Part shown: piece after piece, positions 55,204 to 64,000 of the stretch
How positions within the stretch are numbered: position 1 is the stretch's first letter
Layout: the number at the start of each line of letters is the position of its first letter
Assembly: GCA_947085185.1 (NCBI GenBank)
Contig: CAMTVK010000021.1
Coordinates: forward strand, 28,698 to 92,697
Direction of reading: 5' to 3'
DNA: 64,000 bases
From: Candidatus Fraserbacteria bacterium
GTDB lineage: Bacteria > Bipolaricaulota > Bipolaricaulia > RBG-16-55-9 > DRXL01
Program-made: the position numbers and the translations under genes
Notes under the pieces: generated by a model
Told to the model about the DNA's origin: nothing
What the model saw: the letters and a program-made list of their open reading frames with translations, nothing else
Databases searched by the model: none

Positions 55204-55413
55204 TCATAAATATTTTTTGAACTCTTCTTCAGTCATGCCGATCTGCTTCAGGATAGCCCGATAGAGCCCAGACTTTAGCTCTCGGCTATGGACTGGCACG
55301 GTTGTCCATCGTCCATCAGGATGGGCATAGATAGCCTCACTGCCCTTCTGGCGTTTGCGGCGAAACCCCAGCTTTTCTAGGGCCTTCTGCACCTCAGGGG
55401 AGCGCGGCGGCAT
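55204..55413 (-). CDS. hicA: HicA-family toxin (catalytic His replaced by Glu)
   Basis: LEKLGF..RQKGSE..Y.HPDGR.TTVPVH. Confidence 0.88.
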   Translation of the reverse strand: MPPRSPEVQKALEKLGFRRKRQKGSEAIYAHPDGRWTTVPVHSRELKSGLYRAILKQIGMTEEEFKKYL

Positions 55414-55609
55414 AGTCTGGTTCTGGGATGGGCTGCCCAGCTTCCCTCAAATGCTCGATGACAAGCTCCATCGCATCAAGGACGTTCTGCAAGGTCTCTT
55501 CATATGTTTCGCCCTCAGCGAAACATCCTGGAAGTGCAGGGACTTCCGCCCAAAAGCCCCCCTCTGGCGCAGGGTGAATGACGACTCTATACCGGCGCTC
55601 GCTGCTCAT
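55394..55609 (-). CDS. hicB: HicB-family antitoxin
   Basis: EGGFWAEVPALPGCFAEGETYEE. Confidence 0.9.
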   Translation of the reverse strand: MSSERRYRVVIHPAPEGGFWAEVPALPGCFAEGETYEETLQNVLDAMELVIEHLREAGQPIPEPDYAAALP

Positions 55610-55622
55610 GTATGATCATCTC

Positions 55623-56531
55623 CTAGCGCATCAAGAGCACGAGCACAGCTTTTTGCGCGTGGAGTCTGTTTTCGGCTTCGTCGAAGATCGCGCTCTGCGG
55701 CCCGTGCGCGACTTCGTGCGTGATCTCCTCCCCATAGTGCGCCGGCAGACAGTGCATAACTAGAGCATCGGGCTTGGCCAGCTTGAGCAGCTCTTGATTG
55801 ATCTGAAAGTCTCTAAATCTCTTGCGGCGCTCTTCGGCTTCACGCTCTTGGCCCATCGAGGTCCACACGTCGGTGTAGAGAATATCGGCTCCTTGAGCAG
55901 CCAGCTTGGGAGCGTGAACGATCTCGACTCTGCCCAGGCGCCGCGCTCGATCTAAGATCTGTGCGTTCGGCTCATGCCCTGTAGGGCACGCGACTATGAT
56001 CTCCATGCCGAGCTTGGGCCCGGCTTCCAGCCAGGAATTGCACACATTGTTCCCGTCGCCGATCCACCCGAGCTTCAGCCCCTCCAATCTGCGCTTCTTC
56101 TCATAGACCGTCAGCAGATCCCCCAAAATCTGACAGGGGTGCAGCAGATCCGAAAGCCCGTTGATCACGGGCACGTCAGAGTATTTCGCAAGCTCCTCGA
56201 CGATCTCATGGCCGAAGACCCGCGCCATGATCCCGTCGCAGTACCGAGAGAGCACTTTGGCGATATCCTCGATCGTCTCGCGCTGGCCGAGCTTAATATC
56301 GTCTGGGCCCAGATAGATCGCATGGCCTCCAAGCTGGGTCATGCCCACTTCGAACGAGACCCGTGTGCGCAGTGACGGCTTCTGAAAGATCATGGCGAGC
56401 GTCTTGCCCGCCAGCATGCTATGGGCGATGCCGGCGCGGTGCTCCCGCTTGAGCTGCACCGCCGTCTCCAGAAGCTCCCACACGTCTTCAGCCGTATAGT
56501 CAGCAAACGAGATGAGATGCCTATGGCGCAT
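55623..56531 (-). CDS. argF: ornithine carbamoyltransferase
   Basis: KPSLRTR, HPCQ, DVWTSMG, HCLP, AENR. Confidence 0.96.
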   Translation of the reverse strand: MRHRHLISFADYTAEDVWELLETAVQLKREHRAGIAHSMLAGKTLAMIFQKPSLRTRVSFEVGMTQLGGHAIYLGPDDIKLGQRETIEDIAKVLSRYCDGIMARVFGHEIVEELAKYSDVPVINGLSDLLHPCQILGDLLTVYEKKRRLEGLKLGWIGDGNNVCNSWLEAGPKLGMEIIVACPTGHEPNAQILDRARRLGRVEIVHAPKLAAQGADILYTDVWTSMGQEREAEERRKRFRDFQINQELLKLAKPDALVMHCLPAHYGEEITHEVAHGPQSAIFDEAENRLHAQKAVLVLLMR

Positions 56532-56634
56532 ATCTCGCCTCCTTCTGCTAGGATGATACTGGAATCCGACCGAGGCGCCAAGTTGATTTTTTCGCGCCCG
56601 TGCTTTAGAGTGAAATCTCAGAAGGAGGCGAGCG

Positions 56635-57513
56635 ATGAAGGTCTATCTCAACGGCGAGTTCGTCCCCGAAGAAGAAGCAAAGATTAGCGTCTTCGATCAC
56701 GGCTTGCTCTACGGCGACGGGGTCTTTGAGGGCATCCGAGCCTATGACGGCTACGTCTTCAAGCTCGAGCGACATATGGATCGGCTCTACGACAGTGCTC
56801 AAGCTATTGCGCTGGAGATCCCGCTTGGTCGAGAGCAGATGACCCAAGCTATCCTTGAGACGTTACGGGTCAACAGGCTGCGCAGCGCGTATATTCGCCC
56901 GATCGTGACGCGCGGGCCTGGAGACTTAGGGGTGGACCCACGCCGCTGCCACGGCAAGCCCTCAGTGATTATCATCGTCAAGGAATGGAGATCGCTCTAT
57001 GGGGAAGAAAAGATGCGCACCGGCCTGCGAGCGATCGTTGCCCACACCCGCGCCCGCTCCCCTGATAGCCTCTCGCAGAATATTAAATCTCTGAATTACT
57101 TATCGAACATTATGGCCAAGATCGAGGCCAATCACGCCGGAGCTGATGAGGCGATCATGCTTGATAGCAACGGCTTTGTTGCCGAGGGCACTGCCGACAA
57201 CGTCTTTATAGTAAAGCGCGGCACGATCTTCGTGCCCCCAACAGTCACGAATCTCCCCGGCGTCACCCGCGAGACGGTGATCGAGCTTGCCCAAAGAGAG
57301 CAGATTCCCGTGCGTGAGGAGTTCTTCGGGGTCCCAGCGCTCTATGGGGCTGATGAGTGTTTTATCACCGGGACGGCCGCGGAGATCGCACCGATCGTCG
57401 AGATCGACAAAAGAGTGATTGGGACGGGCAAGCCCGGTCCGATCACGCAAAGGCTGATGGAGCGATTCCGAGCGATCACGGGCATCCCTGAGACAGGCAC
57501 GCCCATCTATTGA
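56635..57513 (+). CDS. ilvE: branched-chain amino acid aminotransferase
   Basis: [30 protein letters not shown]. Confidence 0.95.
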   Translation: MKVYLNGEFVPEEEAKISVFDHGLLYGDGVFEGIRAYDGYVFKLERHMDRLYDSAQAIALEIPLGREQMTQAILETLRVNRLRSAYIRPIVTRGPGDLGVDPRRCHGKPSVIIIVKEWRSLYGEEKMRTGLRAIVAHTRARSPDSLSQNIKSLNYLSNIMAKIEANHAGADEAIMLDSNGFVAEGTADNVFIVKRGTIFVPPTVTNLPGVTRETVIELAQREQIPVREEFFGVPALYGADECFITGTAAEIAPIVEIDKRVIGTGKPGPITQRLMERFRAITGIPETGTPIY

Positions 57514-57563
57514 AAGCGCTGCTGGGCTTGGAATCTCAAAGTGCACTGTGTATACTTCATCCT

Positions 57564-57806
57564 ATGAAGGCGAAGGTTCAGAAGTGGGGCAATAGTTTGG
57601 CTCTACGCATTCCGAAGGCTTTTGCTGCCGAGGTCGGCTTGTTTAACGAAGCCACGGTCGAAGTGACAGTTAAAGGCCGTAAACTCATCGTTGAACCACT
57701 GAAGCAGCCGGGCTGGACCCTGCACCAGCTTCTCAAAGGAGTTACGAGAAAGAACTTGCACGCAGAGATTGCCACCGGCCTGCCTCAAGGGAATGAAGCG
57801 TGGTAA
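57564..57806 (+). CDS. mazE: MazE antitoxin
   Basis: VQKWGNSLALRIP AbrB fold; C-terminal G.EAW. Confidence 0.92.
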   Translation: MKAKVQKWGNSLALRIPKAFAAEVGLFNEATVEVTVKGRKLIVEPLKQPGWTLHQLLKGVTRKNLHAEIATGLPQGNEAW

Positions 57807-58144
57807 CGGGTGTGTCTCCAGTGCCTGATCGTGGCGACATCGTCTGGATCTTACTGAGTCCGCAAGTAGGTCATGAACAAGCAGGGAGGCGACCGGCGCT
57901 GGTGCTCTCACCTGCGGCTTATAATCGCAAAGTAGGCTTGGCGCTCCTTTGCCCTATAACAAGCCAGGTCAAGGGCTATCCTTTTGAAGTGCGCCTACCT
58001 CAAGGATTGCCCGTGGCTGGTGTGATCTTATCTGACCAAGTCAAAAGTCTAGATTGGAGGGCGCGAAAGGCTGAGATAGTTTGTAAAGTACCTGATGAGA
58101 TCGTCCAGGAAGTGTTGTTGAAGTTAGGGACCCTGCTCTCTTGA
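57800..58144 (+). CDS. mazF: MazF endoribonuclease toxin
   Basis: PDRGDIVW, GHEQAGRRPA, CPITS, DQVKSLDWRAR. Confidence 0.95.
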   Translation: MVTGVSPVPDRGDIVWILLSPQVGHEQAGRRPALVLSPAAYNRKVGLALLCPITSQVKGYPFEVRLPQGLPVAGVILSDQVKSLDWRARKAEIVCKVPDEIVQEVLLKLGTLLS

Positions 58145-58165
58145 GAGCGAGCTAGGAGGTGATCT

Positions 58166-59611
58166 ATGGGGGTTCGAGTTCGGTTTGCCCCAAGCCCAAC
58201 GGGGGAATTACACGTCGGGGGAGCGCGCACCGCGCTCTTCAATTGGCTCTTCGCACGCAAGCACCAGGGCGTCTTTATTCTGAGATTCGAAGATACTGAT
58301 ATTGAGCGCAATCGCCTGGAGCTGATCGAGCCCATCTTAGAAAGTTTGCGGTGGCTTGGACTGCTCTGGGACGAAGGGCCGTACTTCCAGAGCCAACGCT
58401 TGAGCCTCTATCAAGAGTGGGCCAAGCGACTGCTCTCCGAGGGGAAGGCGTATAAGTGTTACTGTACTCCTGAAGAGCTGGAGAAGAAGCGCCAAGCTGC
58501 GCTCGCTGCCAAACAGAAGCCTCGCTACGACGGGCACTGCCGAGCTCTCACCCCCTCCCAAGAGCAGAGGTTCATCAGCGAAGGGCGCAAGCCCGCTCTG
58601 CGACTGAAGATCCCTCAATCGGGCACGATCGTCGTCGAGGACGTCATTCGCGGGCGGGTCGAGTTCGATCTCGCCGAGCTCGACGATTTTATCATCCTTC
58701 GTTCTGATGGCCGGCCGACATATAATTTTGCCGTCGTCGTAGACGACGTCACGATGGGCATCACCCACGTCATCCGCGCCGACGAGCATCTCAACAACAC
58801 TCCAAAACAGATCCTGATCTATCACGCGTTTGGAGAAGGTCTGCCCGTCTTCGCTCATGTTCCCATGGTCTTGGCCAAAGATCGGAGTAAGCTGTCCAAG
58901 CGCCACGGCGCGACGGCGGTGTTTGAGTTTCGCGACCGTGGGATTTTGCCAGAAGCGCTCGTCAATTATCTGGCTCGTTTAGGCTGGTCGCACGGCGACC
59001 AAGAGATCTTTACTGTCCAAGAGCTGATCGAGAATTTTTCGCTTTCGGCTGTCCACCCCTCCGCGGCAATCTTCGACGAAGAGAAATTATGTTGGGTGAA
59101 TCAGCACTATCTCAAGACGAGCGATCCCCATGGTCTGGGGGAGCTCTTACGCCCGTTCTTGGTGAAGCTCAATATTATGAGCGAGGCTGAGGCCCACGCT
59201 GTGCCCAGTGGAAGACTCGCGCAGATCGTGGTGCTCTTTCGGGAGCGGGCCAAGACGCTCATCGAGCTGGCCGAGCCGGCTCGGTATCTGCTGACAGATA
59301 CTGTTTCGTATGAACCGGAGGCGGTGCAGAAGTTTCTCACCCCAGAGAAGATTGAGCTTGTGCGTGGGCTGGCGGAGGCGCTCGCTGTGGTGGAGCCGTT
59401 TACGGCGTCGGAGCTAGAGAGGGCCACGCGGGCATATCTTGAGCAGCAAGGCAAGGCGCTCAAAGATATGGCGCAGGCGTGTCGGGTGGCGCTGACGGGG
59501 CGAACGGCAGGGGCGGGGCTCTTCGAGACGATGGAGCTGATCGGGCGAGAGCGAGTCATTGCCCGACTGCGGCAGGCGAGCGCCAAGCGGCTAGAGCAGT
59601 TTCACGTATAG
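58166..59611 (+). CDS. gltX: glutamate--tRNA ligase
   Basis: RFAPSPTG.LHVGG, LRFEDTD, KLSKR. Confidence 0.97.
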   Translation: MGVRVRFAPSPTGELHVGGARTALFNWLFARKHQGVFILRFEDTDIERNRLELIEPILESLRWLGLLWDEGPYFQSQRLSLYQEWAKRLLSEGKAYKCYCTPEELEKKRQAALAAKQKPRYDGHCRALTPSQEQRFISEGRKPALRLKIPQSGTIVVEDVIRGRVEFDLAELDDFIILRSDGRPTYNFAVVVDDVTMGITHVIRADEHLNNTPKQILIYHAFGEGLPVFAHVPMVLAKDRSKLSKRHGATAVFEFRDRGILPEALVNYLARLGWSHGDQEIFTVQELIENFSLSAVHPSAAIFDEEKLCWVNQHYLKTSDPHGLGELLRPFLVKLNIMSEAEAHAVPSGRLAQIVVLFRERAKTLIELAEPARYLLTDTVSYEPEAVQKFLTPEKIELVRGLAEALAVVEPFTASELERATRAYLEQQGKALKDMAQACRVALTGRTAGAGLFETMELIGRERVIARLRQASAKRLEQFHV

Positions 59612-59919
59612 ACAATGCCGTCGCGGGCGGCATTTTCTAAGAAGGCCCACTCCCCATGCGCCCACTCCTCGGGCGTGACCCCAAAAGCTTCAATGGGCTC
59701 TAAGATGCGCGCTGCGGCTACTCCCAACAGCTCTAGGCGCTCCCGCAAATCCTTGCCTGCAAAGTCTTGAGAGATGACGACGAGATCAATGTCACTCCAG
59801 GCCTCATTGTGACCGCGTGCACAGGAACCGAATAAGATCAAACGCTCAGGCCGCACACCCATGATGATCAATTGTTGCTTGAACCGCTCGAGGACTGAGG
59901 CAATTGTGTCTTCAGCCAT
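59602..59919 (-). CDS. minimal nucleotidyltransferase (MNT)
   Basis: ILFGSCARG....WSDIDLVVIS. Confidence 0.9.
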   Translation of the reverse strand: MAEDTIASVLERFKQQLIIMGVRPERLILFGSCARGHNEAWSDIDLVVISQDFAGKDLRERLELLGVAAARILEPIEAFGVTPEEWAHGEWAFLENAARDGIVYT

Positions 59920-60278
59920 CGTAGTACCTCCTTGGTTTTCTTGAGATATTCTTGAGTCACACGCCGGGGATAGGCTCGTATAGCTTTTTGCAGGTCTTCC
60001 GGGTAGCGTGTCACCACACTGGCGTCATTGAGCTTACCGATGAAATCGAGCAGTTCTTGGGGCACGAGCAAAGCCAACTCTTTGATGAAAAAGAGCAAGC
60101 TATGCGTCCTGGGTGGAAACCGCCCTGTGAACTCCCAATAGAGTGCCTTGAGCGCTTTCTCAGTTGCCAGATGGCACATAAAGATGCAGTACACATAGCG
60201 TCGAGAACGGAACATCACCTGAGCCGTTTTCCAGTCGTAGTCAGACATCTCCAGCCATTTGCGTGTCTGTTCTTTCAT
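59868..60278 (-). CDS. HEPN domain protein
   Basis: FMCHLATEKALKA, PPRTHSL, TRYP; start at MKEQT. Confidence 0.9.
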   Translation of the reverse strand: MKEQTRKWLEMSDYDWKTAQVMFRSRRYVYCIFMCHLATEKALKALYWEFTGRFPPRTHSLLFFIKELALLVPQELLDFIGKLNDASVVTRYPEDLQKAIRAYPRRVTQEYLKKTKEVLRWLKTQLPQSSSGSSNN

Positions 60279-60331
60279 ACCGGAGCCTTCTTGCATTTGC
60301 AATAAGATCATGACGGATCGGGTAGGCTTTG

Positions 60332-60604
60332 TCAAACTTCAGGCGAGAGCGAGTCATTGCCCGACTGCGGCAGGCGGGGGCTTGAGCACAGCAAAAGGCG
60401 CTTTTGTAAGCGCTTAACCTCTTTTTGGCGAATGCGAATCTCTTTCTTCCAGTAGGTGATAAGCCGTTGATTGGGGTGAGCTTTTTTCTGCTCTTCTGAG
60501 AGCTTGCGTTGGTGCTCCCGGATGGTCTCTTGCAAGCCTGCTATGCGTTTTTTGAGTGCCTTGCGGCGTCGGTGTTGGTCACGCTTGCTCAAAGCTCTCC
60601 TCAC
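60332..60604 (-). CDS. small basic helical hypothetical protein
   Basis: IREHQRKL...PNQRLITYWKKEI; second gene of a two-gene unit. Confidence 0.6.
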   Translation of the reverse strand: MRRALSKRDQHRRRKALKKRIAGLQETIREHQRKLSEEQKKAHPNQRLITYWKKEIRIRQKEVKRLQKRLLLCSSPRLPQSGNDSLSPEV

Positions 60605-60612
60605 AGAGCGAA

Positions 60613-60855
60613 TTAAGCTTCAAGTTCAACGCGGTCCCACTCCTTGATGAGGGTGGACAGATCATGCTGTAGAGAGATGAGGCGGCCGTAGAGAGAACTT
60701 TCAAGTCGTTGGTGAAGCTTGCTGTTTGGCTTTGTCTTCTTCAGTTGCTCGAGCAACCGAAGGGTTTCTCGGCATTCGCTTTCAAATTCCTTGACCAAAC
60801 CGTCGAGGAACTCATGAGAAGTAGAGAGCACCTGGCATGGTGAGTTTGCAGCCAT
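60613..60855 (-). CDS. small helical hypothetical protein
   Basis: GAGGTG RBS; 80 aa; first gene of a two-gene unit. Confidence 0.65.
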   Translation of the reverse strand: MAANSPCQVLSTSHEFLDGLVKEFESECRETLRLLEQLKKTKPNSKLHQRLESSLYGRLISLQHDLSTLIKEWDRVELEA

Positions 60856-60978
60856 TGTGTGTCACCTCGCGCTGATATTGTGTCAAAGAGGAGGGCCGTT
60901 GTCAACTTCAAAAATCCGCCATCGGCTCGTCGGTTGCATCTCCGCCCTACTCAAGCTACAATGACCTCCTGAACGACT

Positions 60979-62676
60979 ATGAGCCAAGCCCCCAAAGACT
61001 TCATCCGCGAGATCATCGAAAACGATAGAAAAATGGGCAAGTACGGGGGAAGAGTCCACACGCGCTTTCCCCCTGAACCCAATGGATACCTGCACATCGG
61101 CCACGCCAAAAGCGTCTTGCTCAATTACTGGATCGCCCAAGAATTCGGAGGCAAGTTCAACCTGCGCTTCGACGACACCAACCCCGAAAAAGAAGAGCAA
61201 GAGTACGTGGACGCCATCAAACGCGACCTGCGCTGGCTTGGCATCGACTGGGAAGATCGCGAATTCTACGCCTCGGATTATTTCGAGCAGCTCTATCAGT
61301 GGGCCGAAGAGCTCATCAAGAAGGGCAAAGCGTACGTGTGCGATCTCTCCCCACAAGAGATCAGCGAATACCGAGGCAAAGCGATCGTTCAAGACGGCAA
61401 GATCATCACCCCGCCGGGCAAAGAGAGCCCCTATCGGAATCGCTCCGTCGAAGAGAATCTCGAGCTGTTTCGGCGAATGCGCGCCGGAGAATTCCCCGAC
61501 GGTGCCAAAACGCTGCGCGCCAAGATCGACATGGCCCACCCGAACTTAAATATGCGCGACCCCGTCATGTATCGCATCATGCACGTCCCACACTATCGCA
61601 CCGGCACGCAATGGTGCATCTATCCGACCTATGACTGGGCGCACGGACAGTCGGACTCCATCGAAGGGATCACGCACTCCATCTGCACGTTAGAATTCGA
61701 AGATCATCGGCCCTTGTACGACTGGTTCTTGGAGCAGTTGGGGATTCATCATCCGCGACAGATCGAGTTCGCCCGGCTTAATCTCACGTATACCGTGATG
61801 AGCAAACGTCTGCTCTTGCAGCTCGTGCAGGAGGGCTACGTGCGCGGCTGGGATGATCCCAGAATGCCCACGCTCGCCGGGATGCGCCGGCGCGGCTACA
61901 CCCCCGAAGCAATCCACGAATTTGTCCGACGCGTTGGGGTCTCCAAGCGCGAGAGCATCACCGAGATAGAGCTGCTGGAGCACTGCGTCCGACAAGACTT
62001 AAATAAGCGCGCCCCGCGTCGCCTGGCCGTGCTCGACCCGCTCAAAGTCGTCATCACCAACTACCCCGACGGCCAAGTCGAATGGCTCGAGGCTCTCAAT
62101 AACCCCGAAGACCCTGGGGCCGGCACACGCAAGGTCCCGTTCTCTAAAGTCTTATATATCGAACGCGACGATTTTATGGAGAACCCACCGAAGGACTTCT
62201 ATCGCTTGGCCCCCGGACGCGAAGTGCGCCTGCGCTATGCGTACTTCATCACGTGCGTGGACGTCCTCAAAGATTCCCAAGGGAACGTGATGGAGCTGCT
62301 CTGCACCTACGATCCGGCGACGCGCGGGGGAGACGCGCCCGACGGGCGCAAAGTGAAAGCGACGATTCACTGGGTCTCAGCGCAGCACGCCGTCGACGCT
62401 GAAGTTCGTCTGTATGACCGTCTCTTCACCAAGCCCGATCCGTTGGATGTGCCCCAGGGCCACGACTGGAAGGAGAATATCAACCCCAATTCGCTCATAG
62501 TGCTGCAAAACTGCAAGCTCGAGCCAAGCCTCACCGACGCCACAGTCGGAGATCGCTTCCAGTTTGAGCGCAAAGGGTACTTCTGCGTCGATCCGGATTC
62601 GACGGAGAAAAGGCTCATCTTCAACCGCACGGTGACGCTCAAGGGGGAATGGGAGAAAGTCAAACAGTCCAGCTAG
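60979..62676 (+). CDS. glnS: glutamine--tRNA ligase
   Basis: [43 protein letters not shown]. Confidence 0.97.
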   Translation: MSQAPKDFIREIIENDRKMGKYGGRVHTRFPPEPNGYLHIGHAKSVLLNYWIAQEFGGKFNLRFDDTNPEKEEQEYVDAIKRDLRWLGIDWEDREFYASDYFEQLYQWAEELIKKGKAYVCDLSPQEISEYRGKAIVQDGKIITPPGKESPYRNRSVEENLELFRRMRAGEFPDGAKTLRAKIDMAHPNLNMRDPVMYRIMHVPHYRTGTQWCIYPTYDWAHGQSDSIEGITHSICTLEFEDHRPLYDWFLEQLGIHHPRQIEFARLNLTYTVMSKRLLLQLVQEGYVRGWDDPRMPTLAGMRRRGYTPEAIHEFVRRVGVSKRESITEIELLEHCVRQDLNKRAPRRLAVLDPLKVVITNYPDGQVEWLEALNNPEDPGAGTRKVPFSKVLYIERDDFMENPPKDFYRLAPGREVRLRYAYFITCVDVLKDSQGNVMELLCTYDPATRGGDAPDGRKVKATIHWVSAQHAVDAEVRLYDRLFTKPDPLDVPQGHDWKENINPNSLIVLQNCKLEPSLTDATVGDRFQFERKGYFCVDPDSTEKRLIFNRTVTLKGEWEKVKQSS

Positions 62677-62709
62677 CCCCGCGCGCTTCTTTGGAGTACA
62701 ATACCCTCG

Positions 62710-63477
62710 ATGCGTGCGATCTCGATTGCCCCTGGACTGACACTGATAGACCTGGCGCTCTTCTTGCCCACCGAGGGAGTGCTGGCCATTGCCGACGTGC
62801 ATTTGGGAATCGAAGACGCCCTTCGAGACGAGGGCATCCTCGTGCCCAGAGCCCATCTTGCTCAAGTGCAGCAGCGACTGGCGCGGATCTTCCAGGAGCT
62901 GCACATCACGCCCTCGCATCCTCTGCGCAAGATTCTTATCAACGGCGACCTGCGCCATCAGTTTGGGCCATGGTCGCGCATCGAACACCGGGAGTCCCAA
63001 GAATTCTTGCGTTGGCTGGAGCACTGGGCAGACCAGATCATTCTCGTTGAGGGCAACCATGATCGCTCGCTCCAGAGATGGGGCAGCGAGCGTGTGACCG
63101 TCGTCAAGAGTCATATCGAGAACGATTGTTGGTTCGTGCATGGGGATGGGGAAGTCTCCCCTCCCCGTGTCAGGGAGGGGCTGGGGGAGAGGTCTCCATG
63201 GATCGTCATCGGCCATGAGCATCCCGCCGTCGGATTGAGAGACCCCATCACGCGGCGCGTCGAAGTCTACAAGTGCTTTCTTGTCGGAAGATTTGCGCAA
63301 AAAAATCTCGTGGTGTTGCCCTCGTTCAATCAGCTCGTTCGGGGAAGCGACGTGCTCACAGAACAGCCCCTCTCGCCGTTTGTGCAGCAGAGCGATCTCG
63401 AAGATTTTTCGGTCTACGTCGTCTCTGACGCCGGGGATATCTATGAATTTGGCCCGCTGCGCCGATTGCTCTTATGA
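62710..63477 (+). CDS. metallophosphoesterase (calcineurin-like)
   Basis: ADVHLG, NGDL.H, GNHD, HG, GHEHP, LPSF. Confidence 0.88.
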   Translation: MRAISIAPGLTLIDLALFLPTEGVLAIADVHLGIEDALRDEGILVPRAHLAQVQQRLARIFQELHITPSHPLRKILINGDLRHQFGPWSRIEHRESQEFLRWLEHWADQIILVEGNHDRSLQRWGSERVTVVKSHIENDCWFVHGDGEVSPPRVREGLGERSPWIVIGHEHPAVGLRDPITRRVEVYKCFLVGRFAQKNLVVLPSFNQLVRGSDVLTEQPLSPFVQQSDLEDFSVYVVSDAGDIYEFGPLRRLLL

Positions 63478-64000
63478 CCTACGAAGCGATGTTCCAGAAG
63501 CTCTATAATCTTAAGGGGGCTGGGCTGGATCTGGAGCGCATCTTAAGCGCTCTTGGCGCCCCACACAAGAGCTTTCGCGCGGTGCGCGTGGCGGGCACGA
63601 ACGGGAAGGGCTCCGTCTGCGCGTTTCTCGCTCAGATCCTCCAAGAGTCTGGGTTCCGAGTAGGGCTCTTCACATCGCCCCATCTGGTGCGCCCTGAGGA
63701 GCGCATTCGTATCAACAATCGCGAGATCTCACCCCAAGAGTTTCACGCGCAGTTCGAGCGCATCTGGGCAGCAATTGAAGCGTTCTATGGGAGCGCCAGT
63801 GAACACTATGCGCGCTTCTTTGAAGTGCTTACGTTGATGGCCTTAGATTACTTTCGCAGCCAGAGCGTAGACTGGGCGGTGATCGAGTGTGGGGTGGGGG
63901 CGCGCAAAGACGCCACGCGCGTCGTCTCTTCTGCAATCTCGGTCTTGACCAACGTCGAGCTCGATCATCGCGATTCGCTGGGGGAGACGATCGCGCAGAT
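63474..64000 (+). CDS. folC: folylpolyglutamate synthase / dihydrofolate synthase (3'-truncated)
   Basis: VAGTNGKGS, FTSPHL...ERI, FE, ECGVG..DAT, LDH. Confidence 0.92.
   Translation, partial: MTYEAMFQKLYNLKGAGLDLERILSALGAPHKSFRAVRVAGTNGKGSVCAFLAQILQESGFRVGLFTSPHLVRPEERIRINNREISPQEFHAQFERIWAAIEAFYGSASEHYARFFEVLTLMALDYFRSQSVDWAVIECGVGARKDATRVVSSAISVLTNVELDHRDSLGETIAQ

Larger units (their letters stand above)
59544..60376 (+). repeat. 35-bp exact direct repeat (59544-59578 and 60342-60376) flanking the HEPN-MNT cassette
   Basis: GGCGAGAGCGAGTCATTGCCCGACTGCGGCAGGCG occurs twice; the first copy is gltX 3' coding sequence. Confidence 0.9.

Overview
64-kb chromosomal segment of a GC-rich, probably thermophilic bacterium. 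The gene mix and style suggest Ca. Bipolaricaulota/Acetothermia, but this is inference and was not verified. Housekeeping genes include alaS, hppA, cca, alr, lon, apbE, prkA-yeaH-spoVR, rsfS, folE, thiL, argF, ilvE, gltX, glnS and folC. Transporters are a TPP-riboswitch-controlled thiBPQ and a liv-type ABC system. Several toxin-antitoxin cassettes are interspersed, two with disabled HicA toxins. A stand-alone 23S-5S rRNA unit (own promoter, no 16S) carries three group I introns (E. coli sites ~1931, ~1951, ~2262) and two helix insertions. One intron encodes a LAGLIDADG endonuclease whose stop codon lies in the rRNA exon, and another holds an endonuclease remnant. The best candidate for an undescribed system is at 51.6-53.7 kb. 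An unannotated 47-aa membrane peptide (ending ...LMSGAGQKWT) has its own promoter, RBS and terminator. It is followed by a multi-TM HD-GYP protein and a DUF5317 membrane protein with signal-peptidase-II-like Asp motifs, together a putative peptide-signal to c-di-GMP module. Other unannotated items: a 40-aa acidic Trp-rich peptide, a 23-aa basic peptide, a protoglobin-MarR operon with a 19-bp operator, two candidate structured RNAs, and a 35-bp gltX 3' duplication bracketing a HEPN-MNT cassette.
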